The position numbers were made by a program, and so were the translations under genes. Below the pieces are notes generated by a model. That model searched no databases. It worked only from the letters and a program-made list of their open reading frames with translations, and was not told the DNA's origin. DNA of 64,000 nt, taken from positions 6,549 to 70,548 of the forward strand of contig JACRFZ010000037.1 of assembly GCA_016212515.1 (NCBI GenBank), in the 5' to 3' direction. This document shows, one piece after another, positions 27,153 through 36,096 of this stretch. Positions within the stretch are counted from its first letter, which is position 1. Each line of letters starts with the position of its first letter. Source of the stretch: Candidatus Melainabacteria bacterium (GTDB lineage: Bacteria > Cyanobacteriota > Vampirovibrionia > Obscuribacterales > Obscuribacteraceae).

Positions 27153-27962
27153 TTAAGCGGGATAATCCAGCCGCGCAAAGAGTGAGCTGCCCGTGCCGGA
27201 ACTCGCCAACTTGGCAGATGGCCAATTGAGACTCCAGCCTGAACTTAAACCAGCATGAAAAGTACAAGCCTCAACAAAGGCCTCAAACAAAACATCATTA
27301 TTGTTGATATCACGCTCTGGATGCCATTGAACACCAAGAGTAAATGGTCTCCATGGAAGTTCAATAGACTCTATAACGCCGTCTCCCGCCCTGGCACCGA
27401 CTTTCAATCCACGTCCAAGACGATGAACGGCTTGATGATGTGAACTTGCCACAACGATTTTGCTTTCTCCATAGATCTGCTTTAGCAGGCTATCTGGCTC
27501 TATAAGTACGTCGTGTCTACTCAACTCACAACCAGTCCCGGCCGGATTCAAATGCTCCACCGCACTAAAGGGCAGAGCCTCTCCGATGTCCTGAATCAGA
27601 CTTCCACCGAGGCTTATATTCAAGAGCTGATGCCCGGCACAAATTCCAAGGAGCGGAAGAGTGGTTCGATTCAAACAATATTTAACAAGGTCAACATCAA
27701 ATTTCTGACGAACAGGATGAGCCGGCTCTACCAACGAGCTGGGCTCCTCACCATACAAAGAAGGATGATAATCCTTCCCCCCGGTCAAAACGAGCCCGGA
27801 AAGTCCACATAACTGCTGGCGCCAGTCTACTGCTTCAAAGGGCGCTAGCAAGACTGGCTCGGCACCGGCGCCCACCAGAGCTTCATAGTAAGCAGTATTT
27901 AGCACATACTGATCGGGAACTCCGGCGCGAAAATCAAGATTCAGTCCAATACGTGGTCTCAT
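27153..27962 (-). CDS. Class-I glutamine amidotransferase / gamma-glutamyl hydrolase (peptidase C26, PuuD-like)
   Basis: LLGICAGHQLLN (nucleophile Cys) and GVQWHPE (His/Glu). ATG 27962 has AGGAGG upstream. Confidence 0.8.
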   Translation of the reverse strand: MRPRIGLNLDFRAGVPDQYVLNTAYYEALVGAGAEPVLLAPFEAVDWRQQLCGLSGLVLTGGKDYHPSLYGEEPSSLVEPAHPVRQKFDVDLVKYCLNRTTLPLLGICAGHQLLNISLGGSLIQDIGEALPFSAVEHLNPAGTGCELSRHDVLIEPDSLLKQIYGESKIVVASSHHQAVHRLGRGLKVGARAGDGVIESIELPWRPFTLGVQWHPERDINNNDVLFEAFVEACTFHAGLSSGWSLNWPSAKLASSGTGSSLFARLDYPA

Positions 27963-28238
27963 GTTCACCTCCTGAGGGAACAGCACACTGAATCAATCAA
28001 CACGATTGATTAGAGTCTTTGCTATGGGTAAAGTGAAAGCTGTGGCGGTCTGAGACCGCTAAATTTTATTGCCCCAGGCGGGGACAGTTTAAGACAAACC
28101 GGCAGCGACAAGCAGCACAGAACGCAGCCTCTGACCTGAGGACATTGGTCGGCGAAAATATTCCGGCTAGCAATTGAAAACTGTACATAGCATCAATTTA
28201 TACATCGAAATCGCAAAAACTGAAGCCAGTGTTACAAA

Positions 28239-29177
28239 CTATCTTGCTCCAATTTCAAAATCCTCTCGCAAACTAACGGTGAGGATATCTCCCTTGTGCA
28301 ATTCCAGTTCCTTGCCGCTGGTCGCTACACCCTGTATTAATGCCCCTCCGGGTAGACCGCGACCAACGCCCATGACAAAGCCCTTTTTCTTGGAAAATTG
28401 CTCATCGTCTTCCACTGGTCTGCCGGCAGCAAAGTTCTTATTGGCACTGCCGGCCAGACCTGAAACCAGTGCACTGGTGAGAATGCCAACCGGACCGGTG
28501 GCCAGCCCCACCGTACCGATTGCAAGATCCATTGCCGCATACTTTCCTACTGCATATTTGACGAGATACTCCCCATTCTTATTAGCCACAAGCTGAGCCC
28601 TGGTCTTCTTCACCTGGTTGACACTGGTCTTCTCGGAGGGCACAGCGTCAATTTTTAAGAGAGCGCCGGCAGAGTCGACAATGCCGCTAAAACTAAAGCC
28701 TATACGCCCCTGCGCATCAAGGAAATTCTTGCCGGGCAGGTAAGATTTGATAGTGCGGCGACTATGACTGACCATACTAACAATGCCCAGCACGGGCTGG
28801 CCGGCCCTGGCAATAAGAACGCTACCGGCCCTCAGCTCATCCACAAGGCTGGCAGAAACTGCAGTACCCTCCTGCACAGAATCGCTTGAAAGGTCCTGCT
28901 CAAGTCGCACTCTGAACTGGCTTCCCTTAAGAACCTTGATTTTCCCGGCCGGCTCCTTTTGGAATTGCCAGACGAGCTTTTCGGTACCGGCATCTGCCTG
29001 CATGTCTACTTCGGAGACCCCGGCCGACAATGAACTGCCGGGAGCAATGCCAACATCCCCACTTCTTTCTGCGCCTGACTCAGATTGAGAAAAAGCGCTG
29101 TTCAATGACAGTGCATTAGCAAAGAGTAGAGCAAGCGCAAGAATTAGGGCACGATTCTTGTCATAAGGACGGGTCAT
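28239..29177 (-). CDS. Secreted protein with signal peptide and Gly-rich hydrophobic C-terminal segment; weak TrbI/VirB10-like resemblance
   Basis: N-terminal ALILALALLFANALSLNSAFS. GAGGGGG is upstream. The domain resemblance (…VQEGTAVSASLVDELRAGSVLIARAGQPVLG…) is tentative. Confidence 0.55.
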   Translation of the reverse strand: MTRPYDKNRALILALALLFANALSLNSAFSQSESGAERSGDVGIAPGSSLSAGVSEVDMQADAGTEKLVWQFQKEPAGKIKVLKGSQFRVRLEQDLSSDSVQEGTAVSASLVDELRAGSVLIARAGQPVLGIVSMVSHSRRTIKSYLPGKNFLDAQGRIGFSFSGIVDSAGALLKIDAVPSEKTSVNQVKKTRAQLVANKNGEYLVKYAVGKYAAMDLAIGTVGLATGPVGILTSALVSGLAGSANKNFAAGRPVEDDEQFSKKKGFVMGVGRGLPGGALIQGVATSGKELELHKGDILTVSLREDFEIGAR

Positions 29178-29526
29178 AGCGACGCGGAACCCCCTCTTTC
29201 AAAATCACACAAGAGTCATATTCTATACCCCTAGCACAAGCGACGCCATCCCCCATTGCACCAGGTTAGACGGTAATCACCCGACCGGAATCGCCGGAAG
29301 CGCAAACCAGTGCGGAAAAACTTAATATCCGATTGCCTCAGGCAGCACCCAACTGCTCGAATCAATTGTAGCCAGTCTTCCATTAACAAGCCGAGAAACT
29401 TCTGAGATAGAACCAACCAACCTCTAGAAAACAACACAAGCAGGATTCCTGCTCTACCGGAGGAAGCCAAATTTCGGTTTGTCTTTGAAATGTACTTGCT
29501 GCAAATCCACAATGAGGAAATTCATC

Positions 29527-29781
29527 ATGAAAAAGATAGCTGTTCGCCTTTCGGCCGTGACGCTTTTGGCAATTATTCTGGCAGGCAGTATGGCAGCCGC
29601 TCTCACGCTTCTAGCAGGAGGGGTAGCGGTGGCCGGTATCTCAGTTGGAAGAAAGAAGCCCACGAGCGGCAACGCACTCTATAACGGACTGCAGACCGGA
29701 AACGATACTGAACTAGCAGTGGCCATCGAAGAAGCCAGGCAAGAAGGCTGGGAAGTCACTATCGTTCAGCGAGAAGGCTAG
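29527..29781 (+). CDS. Small membrane protein (84 aa)
   Basis: ATG 29527 has GAGGAAA 8 nt upstream. It has a hydrophobic N-terminal helix. Confidence 0.5.
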   Translation: MKKIAVRLSAVTLLAIILAGSMAAALTLLAGGVAVAGISVGRKKPTSGNALYNGLQTGNDTELAVAIEEARQEGWEVTIVQREG

Positions 29782-29839
29782 ATACCGTCTTGTTTCCTGA
29801 ATTCTTACCAAGTCAAATCTGAACACTCACGGTGCATCT

Positions 29840-29865
29840 CGAGGGCAGTGTCAGCGCTGCCCTCG
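29840..29865 (+). terminator. Hairpin after the small membrane protein gene
   Basis: CGAGGGCAG pairs with CTGCCCTCG (9 bp) with an 8-nt loop. The T tract is weak. Confidence 0.45.
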
Positions 29866-29901
29866 CTTACATAAGCTTGCAAACATGCCGAGATAAACGC
29901 C

Positions 29902-30666
29902 ATGAAAATTATTGACTCCAAAAGACAAGACGAAACACCCGGAAAGAAGGATAGTTCCACCTTTATGTCAGACCTTAAACAGCTTCTGACAGAAGCTTAT
30001 AGCGGCGGAAAGGAGGAAGTTCTAACCTCTTTCGAGGAAATTGAGGGTGTCAGGATCGTGCAAAATATCAATATCCAGTGGACCGGAGAAGGCACTTCCA
30101 GCGCCATATGGCTGCCGGACCGAGCCTGCCCCACCCTCGTCTATCGAGCGCCCGAGTGCGACGGCACCTACTTCCAGTATGGACTGCATCGTCTCGGTGA
30201 CGACTATCTAACCTATATTTCCAAAACCGATGACGAGCCGGTCATTATCCACTTAGTTGACTGCCGCGAGGGTTCAAAGACCCTCCACAATCGACTCAGT
30301 GTCACTCTCAAACCGGATATCACCAAAGCAATAGTCATCCCCAGAGGAGTGGCGCATCTTCCCACCAACTTGAAGGGGGCCATCTGCCTCAACAATCATA
30401 AGTGGTACGTAGACCTTCCATCCTACTTGCGATATTCTCGCAAGTTCGACATACAGAACGTTCCGGCTGATACCGAGGCGGCGAGATTTCCAGTCATCAA
30501 AACAGCTCGCTTCGCAGTGCCGATCTGGGCTTACCCCATCTTCGGAGCGCTGATTAGATTACGTATCGTGCCTGAAAACAGCTGGGAAGTACCCTTCTAT
30601 TTTGACGGCACCATGCAAGGAAAACCAACCACAGTCATGCTCAGACGCAAGCACTCTGACGTCTGA
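29902..30666 (+). CDS. Hypothetical protein, possible RmlC-like cupin
   Basis: 'YGLHRLG ... HLVDCREGSKT ... IVIPRGVAHLPTNL' is reminiscent of dTDP-4-dehydrorhamnose epimerase-like cupins. Weak. Confidence 0.45.
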   Translation: MKIIDSKRQDETPGKKDSSTFMSDLKQLLTEAYSGGKEEVLTSFEEIEGVRIVQNINIQWTGEGTSSAIWLPDRACPTLVYRAPECDGTYFQYGLHRLGDDYLTYISKTDDEPVIIHLVDCREGSKTLHNRLSVTLKPDITKAIVIPRGVAHLPTNLKGAICLNNHKWYVDLPSYLRYSRKFDIQNVPADTEAARFPVIKTARFAVPIWAYPIFGALIRLRIVPENSWEVPFYFDGTMQGKPTTVMLRRKHSDV

Positions 30667-30707
30667 CCGCTAGACTCACATCCAAATGCATCTCAGGAGC
30701 ACCATCT

Positions 30708-30854
30708 ATGCCGCTTAGCAATATTCCTAAGGCTCTCGCCTTCGCACTCATTTCTTCGCTCTTGATTATCGCTCTGTTCCATTCATGCGTCGGTCTCAGC
30801 CCTAACTCACACGATGATGACTGCAGGCGCTCAAGGCTACACTGCCGCAGGTAA
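30708..30854 (+). CDS. Small ORF (48 aa) with hydrophobic N-terminus and Cys/Arg-rich tail
   Basis: Not in the ORF track because it is under 60 aa. AGGAG is 9 nt upstream of ATG 30708. MPLSNIPKALAFALISSLLIIALFHSCVG... is possibly lipoprotein-like. A terminator follows. Confidence 0.4.
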   Translation: MPLSNIPKALAFALISSLLIIALFHSCVGLSPNSHDDDCRRSRLHCRR

Positions 30855-30878
30855 ACGCTAAAGGACTAAAAGAATCGT

Positions 30879-30927
30879 AAAGCGGCTTATGAGGGGAAAA
30901 CTGCCTATTTCATCAGCCGCTTTTTTT
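30879..30927 (+). terminator. Hairpin plus T7
   Basis: AAAGCGGCT (30879-30887) pairs with AGCCGCTTT (30915-30923) around a large 27-nt loop. The T run is at 30921-30927. Confidence 0.55.
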
Positions 30928-30978
30928 GCCGGGCACTAGTCGACCGGTCTATTTCTTTCTTCTAAAAAAAGAAGAGCG
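30921..30978. repeat. GACCGGTC-core intergenic repeat, copy B
   Basis: T7 (30921-30927), N14, GACCGGTC (30942-30949), N14, A7 (30964-30970), GAAGAGCG. The spacing is identical to copy A. Confidence 0.85.
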
Positions 30979-31026
30979 AACCGATGGCAGTCTCTAAAGA
31001 CCTACATCAGTCCGCTCGTCCTTAAG

Positions 31027-32604
31027 TTAGGCGGAAGGAGCGGAGAAATGCTCATCCCACTTTTGCACCCATTCATCGCGCAGGATGGTCTCACGCTCAA
31101 GAAGGAAGGGCACCATTACCTCATTGATGAAGCTACGCATCTCAGGCGTATTGAGGATGGACTCGGCCCGCTCCCGACACTCATCAAGAATCTTCTTGAT
31201 CTCGCGATCGATCTGATTAGAACTTTCGACACCAAGTCCGTAACCCTGTTCGGTAGCCATAGCTCGACCCAAGAAGGGATCTTGCTCATCGGCACCGATG
31301 GAAATAGGGCCAAGACCGCTCATGCCCCAGCGCGTCACCATCTTCTTCACGATCTGATAAGCCCGTTTGAAGTCGTTGTCGGCACCGGTGGAAGTGGTAG
31401 ACAGAAAGACATGCTCGGCCCGATTCCCGGCCAAAGCGAGAGTAACCTGTCCCAATAACTGTTCTTTCGTGTAGAAACTACGATCGTCCTCAGGAATGGT
31501 GGCAGTGTAGCCACCGGCACCACCGGCTCCGATGATGGTGACCTTAGAAACTGGATCGCCCCAGAGCTTGTTCCAACCGGCATTCTGCCGAAACAAAGCT
31601 TCGCTGACACAGGCATGACCCAGTTCATGGTAGGCAATCAAACGCTTCACCGCTTCAGATTGACGTCTTGACTTGCTTTCATTGGAGCCACCCAACTGCA
31701 GGGCCCAGACGGCACGATCCAGGTCGGCTTGAGTTATGGCTTCCGCTTTCTCATCACGGCGCACAGCGCTCATAGGAGCGTGCACCTTCATGATCGCCTC
31801 CAGGTCGGCGCCGCTACTACCGGCGGTGTGGCGTGCCACCACTTCCAGATCAACATCGTCTGCAAGTTTAAGCTTACCGGCATAAAGGCGAAGAATCTCC
31901 AATCGCCCCTGTTTGTCCGGTAAATTCACAGTCACACTGAAATCACCAAAACGACCGGGGCGCAAAATAGCGGGATCAAGCTTGTCAGGGCGGTTGGTGG
32001 CGGCCATGACAATCACCCCTTCTCGACCATCAAAACCGTCCAGTTCAGTCAGTAGCTGGTTGATGGTCTGCTCCCGCTCATCGTTAGAAAAGCCTATTCC
32101 GGCGCCGCGATGTTGGGCCACCGCATCAATCTCATCAATGAAGAGAATACAGGGAGCACTCTCCCGCACAGCCTTAAATAGTTCTCGCACCCGGGCGGCT
32201 CCCACTCCTACAAACATCTCCACAAACTCGGAAGCAGAAATGTAGAAGAAGGGAACACCGGCCTCTCCCGCGACGGCTTTAGCCAAAAGGGTCTTACCGG
32301 TTCCGGGAGGTCCCACCAGCAAAATACCACTGGGCACTTTCCCACCGAGCGCCACGAGCGTACCGGCGTTCGACAGGCAACCGACGAAACGTTGCATATC
32401 TTCTTTTACTTCATCAAGACCGGCCACATCAGCAAATGTGACCTTACCATCCTCAGGCTTGAAGCGCTTATGCCGGCCGTTTCGACTGTCTGTGATGCGG
32501 CTTTGCTGCCGCATGTTCTTCAACCCCATGATGAGGAAGGCAAACAACAGCGCATAAAACGTGAGTTGCACGAAGATACCAATCAATGCAGAATATTTTT
32601 CCAT
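31027..32604 (-). CDS. FtsH-family AAA+ zinc metalloprotease paralog with a single N-terminal TM helix and no periplasmic domain
   Basis: GPPGTGKTLLAKAVAGEAGVPFFYISASEFVEMFVGVGAARVRELF, ATNRPDKLDPAILRPGRFG and the HELGHA zinc motif are present. It is about 526 aa with one hydrophobic segment (YSALIGIFVQLTFYALLFAFLIMGL). The start is uncertain (32604 or 32640). Confidence 0.88.
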   Translation of the reverse strand: MEKYSALIGIFVQLTFYALLFAFLIMGLKNMRQQSRITDSRNGRHKRFKPEDGKVTFADVAGLDEVKEDMQRFVGCLSNAGTLVALGGKVPSGILLVGPPGTGKTLLAKAVAGEAGVPFFYISASEFVEMFVGVGAARVRELFKAVRESAPCILFIDEIDAVAQHRGAGIGFSNDEREQTINQLLTELDGFDGREGVIVMAATNRPDKLDPAILRPGRFGDFSVTVNLPDKQGRLEILRLYAGKLKLADDVDLEVVARHTAGSSGADLEAIMKVHAPMSAVRRDEKAEAITQADLDRAVWALQLGGSNESKSRRQSEAVKRLIAYHELGHACVSEALFRQNAGWNKLWGDPVSKVTIIGAGGAGGYTATIPEDDRSFYTKEQLLGQVTLALAGNRAEHVFLSTTSTGADNDFKRAYQIVKKMVTRWGMSGLGPISIGADEQDPFLGRAMATEQGYGLGVESSNQIDREIKKILDECRERAESILNTPEMRSFINEVMVPFLLERETILRDEWVQKWDEHFSAPSA

Positions 32605-32727
32605 GGCTTTATAAGAGTTAAAGAGTGTACAAGTGAGCATCAAGAAGGTATCCAGGACGGGACGCAAGAGATGGTGCCGAGCCTGGATACGAGTATGCTA
32701 GATTAGCCTCAAATGGCAATAGCCGAA

Positions 32728-33312
32728 CTAGTTACAGCAGTGCTGAAAGCGCTTGCCGAGATAGTCTTTCTCATCCCGTTCAGGCATACCAAGGTACTTG
32801 CTGCGTAGATGCTGCCACAAGGCAAGCTTGGAGAAGTCCGGTGGCGAGAGACTACGCCCGCTTGCGGTGAGGAAGGGATTGGGCAGGAAGATGGTCAACT
32901 GCTGCTGGTCAAGTCCGTTGAACAGGCGAATCCCCCAGGAGATTGGCTCATCGCCATCGTTCAGGTGCCGATAGAGTTCGGCCCGACTGACTTTTCGCTG
33001 CGCCGCTACTTCGGCGGCAGTGGGATAGCGTCGACTCCCACGGGTGTTCCCGATGCAAACATGAAAGTGGGTGGCTCCAAAACTAACGGTCAGATAACCG
33101 TCCAGAAGACGCACCAGGTCGGGAGCGCAAGGGGGAGAAATCTCCAGAACAGCACCCTGGATTAATATACCAAACTGCACCTCGTGCCAGTGCTGATTAA
33201 AGACTTCGGTCAAAAGCTGCTCTAAAACTGCCTCTTCCGGGGGCAGTGAAAACACCTCAAGCCGACCATTACCAGGCTCTTGCAAGGTCAGCGCAGGAGC
33301 GGAAGTATTCAT
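32728..33312 (-). CDS. Hypothetical protein (194 aa)
   Basis: ORF with GGAGGAAA upstream of the ATG. Confidence 0.6.
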   Translation of the reverse strand: MNTSAPALTLQEPGNGRLEVFSLPPEEAVLEQLLTEVFNQHWHEVQFGILIQGAVLEISPPCAPDLVRLLDGYLTVSFGATHFHVCIGNTRGSRRYPTAAEVAAQRKVSRAELYRHLNDGDEPISWGIRLFNGLDQQQLTIFLPNPFLTASGRSLSPPDFSKLALWQHLRSKYLGMPERDEKDYLGKRFQHCCN

Positions 33313-33348
33313 ATGTTTCCTCCAGTTGGGGAATAGATTTCAACCGGG

Positions 33349-33636
33349 CTATTGCACCGGCGAACTTGGATCGGGAAGTTGAATAGTGACATTTTGATCT
33401 ACGGCCACCACGGAAGCTCCACGAACTGGCTTGAGAGCAAATCCTGAGGCCAGATACAAATCACCATCAAGGAACAAAACCCCGACATTGGTATCAAGGG
33501 TAAATCCATCGATGGCAAGAGCCGCGGCAAGCGCCAGCTCCGCAGACTCGGCCTTAATGGTGACTAAAACATCGCCGGTCAGATCGCTGCCGGGGAAGGA
33601 AGAAGAGGAAGGCGAAGGTTGGCAACATGAACTCAT
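33349..33636 (-). CDS. Hypothetical small protein (95 aa), Ser/Cys-rich N-terminus
   Basis: ORF with AGGAG upstream of the ATG. Confidence 0.55.
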   Translation of the reverse strand: MSSCCQPSPSSSSFPGSDLTGDVLVTIKAESAELALAAALAIDGFTLDTNVGVLFLDGDLYLASGFALKPVRGASVVAVDQNVTIQLPDPSSPVQ

Positions 33637-33682
33637 AGGAAACTCCTAAAGCTAATTTTTTGAATGACAGATGAAAGCAATG

Positions 33683-34309
33683 CTAAGTCTCAAGCCCGAC
33701 CTTAATGATCTTGCCGGGGAAGCCATCGAGAAGTTCAGACGGGAAGGCAGCGGGGGCTTCTCCCAGGTACTTGACCTGAACTACTGAACTATCGGCGCTC
33801 TCTTTGAACCAGTCGACACATAGTCCGGTAGCCCGGGCCACCTCGTCGGCCCAGAGATCCACCTGAAACAACTCGAAGGGGTTTGTTACCTCTGCAAGGA
33901 GCAGCAGTTTGCCCCGCTCTACGACGCGCCCGTCACAACACCCCAACCAGCGCCGCATCACATCGAAAATTGAAATCCGACCGCCTGGCGATTCTGTAGA
34001 ATCCAGCGGACGAAACTCCAACTCCTGGATAGACTCACTTTCAAAGAGAGAAAAATACTCTTCGCAGGTGAAAACATCTAACTGCTCCTTGAGACCGGCG
34101 CGAATTGCCTCGTTAAGAAAAATCGGCAAACTCCTGCGGGAGAGGAAAAATGTCAGGTCTTGATCAAGTCGAACTACAATGCGCCGACCAGCATTGCAGG
34201 CCAATTCAGCTTTGACGTAGAACTGAAAGAGGGAATACATGTTCATGATTAATTGAATGGGAGAATCGATTACTAAGCGGACGACAATCCCCGACGCCCC
34301 TAGCGACAA
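33683..34309 (-). CDS. Hypothetical protein (up to 208 aa; start uncertain)
   Basis: ORF. TTG 34309 overlaps the upstream gene's end by 10 nt. Alternative ATGs are at 34246 and 34240. Confidence 0.5.
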   Translation of the reverse strand: MSLGASGIVVRLVIDSPIQLIMNMYSLFQFYVKAELACNAGRRIVVRLDQDLTFFLSRRSLPIFLNEAIRAGLKEQLDVFTCEEYFSLFESESIQELEFRPLDSTESPGGRISIFDVMRRWLGCCDGRVVERGKLLLLAEVTNPFELFQVDLWADEVARATGLCVDWFKESADSSVVQVKYLGEAPAAFPSELLDGFPGKIIKVGLET

Positions 34310-35202
34310 ACCGCCAGTTCCGGCTCACAAACGAAAGAGCGAGTTTGGGCGGCCGAGAAGAACTTGAGAGCTGTCTCTCGATGACGACGCAACAGGCCCG
34401 AACTGAAATCTTGAAACCGCCCTAACTCGTCGTAGCGACAGCGAGCATAAAGCAGCAGCTCTGAAGAAACCTGATACATGGCCTCCACAACCTGAGTCTG
34501 GATGGAATGCAGCAAATTAGGCGCTATCACAAATGCATCATCGTCGAATACGAAGCCGGTTCTGTCTGTTTCAAAGATGAGCGCGCCGGCATCAAAGGCA
34601 AATCCTGAGATGTTGCTCAGTCTCATTTTCGAGTCAACTACCGTGAGATTTCCGGAATAGGTACCGCAAGGCAGGCCGAGATCGACACCCAGCGGTGCGC
34701 CACGCCAGAAGGAAGACCGCTCCTTGCAAGTCTCTTTGATAGCACCGATGCTCGTCAGTTTATACTTCGCTCCGTAGAGAACACTGAGTTGCAGACGCAC
34801 CCCAGGCTCAATCAGGAACCAGAAATCTATCAAGCCGGCATTCACACTGATATCCGGCATAAGCCATAAACCACAGCCGGCATCGAGAAACACTCCGACA
34901 ATCTGATCTAGGACCGGTTCATTGAATTGACCTTCAGGCATACCGATACCGCTAGCGGTGCAGTGAGATTCTCGCTCTAACTGCAGGGGCTTAGTCAGAA
35001 TGACACTGGCGGATAGACGATATGCGTCGAGATTGAACTTAGCACCGGAAGCATCAATTACGAACTTACGCTTCAAGGGGGTTGCTTCCAGATGCGAGTT
35101 GGAAGGGACAAAAACGGCGCTCCGACCGGACCAGGCGCCCGTATGATGGGAGACGAAATTCTCCCAGTTGGCTTCGGGAACAAGAAATTGTTCGCTATTC
35201 AT
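34300..35202 (-). CDS. Hypothetical protein, DUF3598-like N-terminus suspected
   Basis: 'WENFVSHHTGAWSGRS' resembles the W..f..h.G.W.G start of DUF3598 proteins from cyanobacteria and plants. This is weak recall-based similarity. Confidence 0.5.
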   Translation of the reverse strand: MNSEQFLVPEANWENFVSHHTGAWSGRSAVFVPSNSHLEATPLKRKFVIDASGAKFNLDAYRLSASVILTKPLQLERESHCTASGIGMPEGQFNEPVLDQIVGVFLDAGCGLWLMPDISVNAGLIDFWFLIEPGVRLQLSVLYGAKYKLTSIGAIKETCKERSSFWRGAPLGVDLGLPCGTYSGNLTVVDSKMRLSNISGFAFDAGALIFETDRTGFVFDDDAFVIAPNLLHSIQTQVVEAMYQVSSELLLYARCRYDELGRFQDFSSGLLRRHRETALKFFSAAQTRSFVCEPELAVCR

Positions 35203-35295
35203 GGCTTCAGCAACATTCAGAAATGTGCGATATGTGAGTAAGCCCCGGCTAAGGACTAGTCGGGACCGGAAAAACGATTTCGGGCAACTCAGACG

Positions 35296-35559
35296 CTACC
35301 TGGCAGCCTCAAAGGGCGGCTCGAGGTACACAACTATGCGAATACGGTTCTTGCACAAAAGCACTATTCGCGCCGCTACACTCGTCCGGGAGTTGAGGTT
35401 GAATGCCGAAACGGCAAAGCCGGCAAAATCAGGCAGGCAGTTGTTATTCAAGTATTCCTCAGCCTTGTTAGCGGCTAAAAGAAGATTTGACCGGGCTAGA
35501 TCTTCAAACATAATTGCCGCTTCCACACCGGTGACCACGGCGGTATCAAGTTCTTTCAT
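35296..35559 (-). CDS. Possible small protein (87 aa)
   Basis: This is the protein-like C-terminal part of listed ORF 35296..35793, starting at ATG 35559 with GGGGA upstream. An Arg-rich antisense ORF on the + strand is a less plausible alternative. Confidence 0.35.
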   Translation of the reverse strand: MKELDTAVVTGVEAAIMFEDLARSNLLLAANKAEEYLNNNCLPDFAGFAVSAFNLNSRTSVAARIVLLCKNRIRIVVYLEPPFEAAR

Positions 35560-35957
35560 GAGACTATGTCCCCAAGAATAATAATAATCGAGAAGAAAAT
35601 TAACGCACTTGGGGTGTCGTTTAGAGACTGCTGCAAGGGTGACTAAAGAGTATCTCGAGTGGACGTGACAAGTACATACCAGACAAGCAAGATGACCGGA
35701 GTGGTTAAGAGAGAAGGGATGGCGCCTGCAACTATTTCGATTTGTTGGAAAACCCGTTAGAAAAATGGAGGACAGTAACTTGAGAGATTTCATTATGGAA
35801 GCTCATGATGCTTATTTCCAGAAGCATTATGGGCAACTACCGACTCTGGTCCTTAATCGCCGCTCAACTGCAGTACCCCGGATAATTCAGCTTGCGCAAT
35901 CAGACAAGAATGTAAACAGGAGGAAAGCGCCGAGGAGCTGGCAGCCCATTACACGCC

Positions 35958-35998
35958 GACCGGTCTACTATTCTCACTCCAAAGAAAAAGAAGAAAAG
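35958..35998. repeat. GACCGGTC-core intergenic repeat, copy C (right half)
   Basis: GCC-GACCGGTC (35958-35965)-TACTATTCTCACTCCAAAGAAAAAGAAGAAAAG. It is 99-139 nt downstream of the minus-strand stop at 36097. Confidence 0.75.
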
Positions 35999-36096
35999 AA
36001 CAGGAAGGAAGGAGGGAAGAGCAGCAAATCGAAATTCGCTACTCCTCCGCTTCACGTAGTGCTGGAACTAGGCTTGGTTAGGCCCTTGTGAGCCGC

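Noticed and set aside
35168-35581. Plus-strand 137-aa ORF. The same applies to 35765-36091.
   Set aside because: It is extremely Arg/Ser-rich and has no SD. It overlaps a more protein-like minus-strand ORF, and the second ORF runs across repeat copy C and a terminator.
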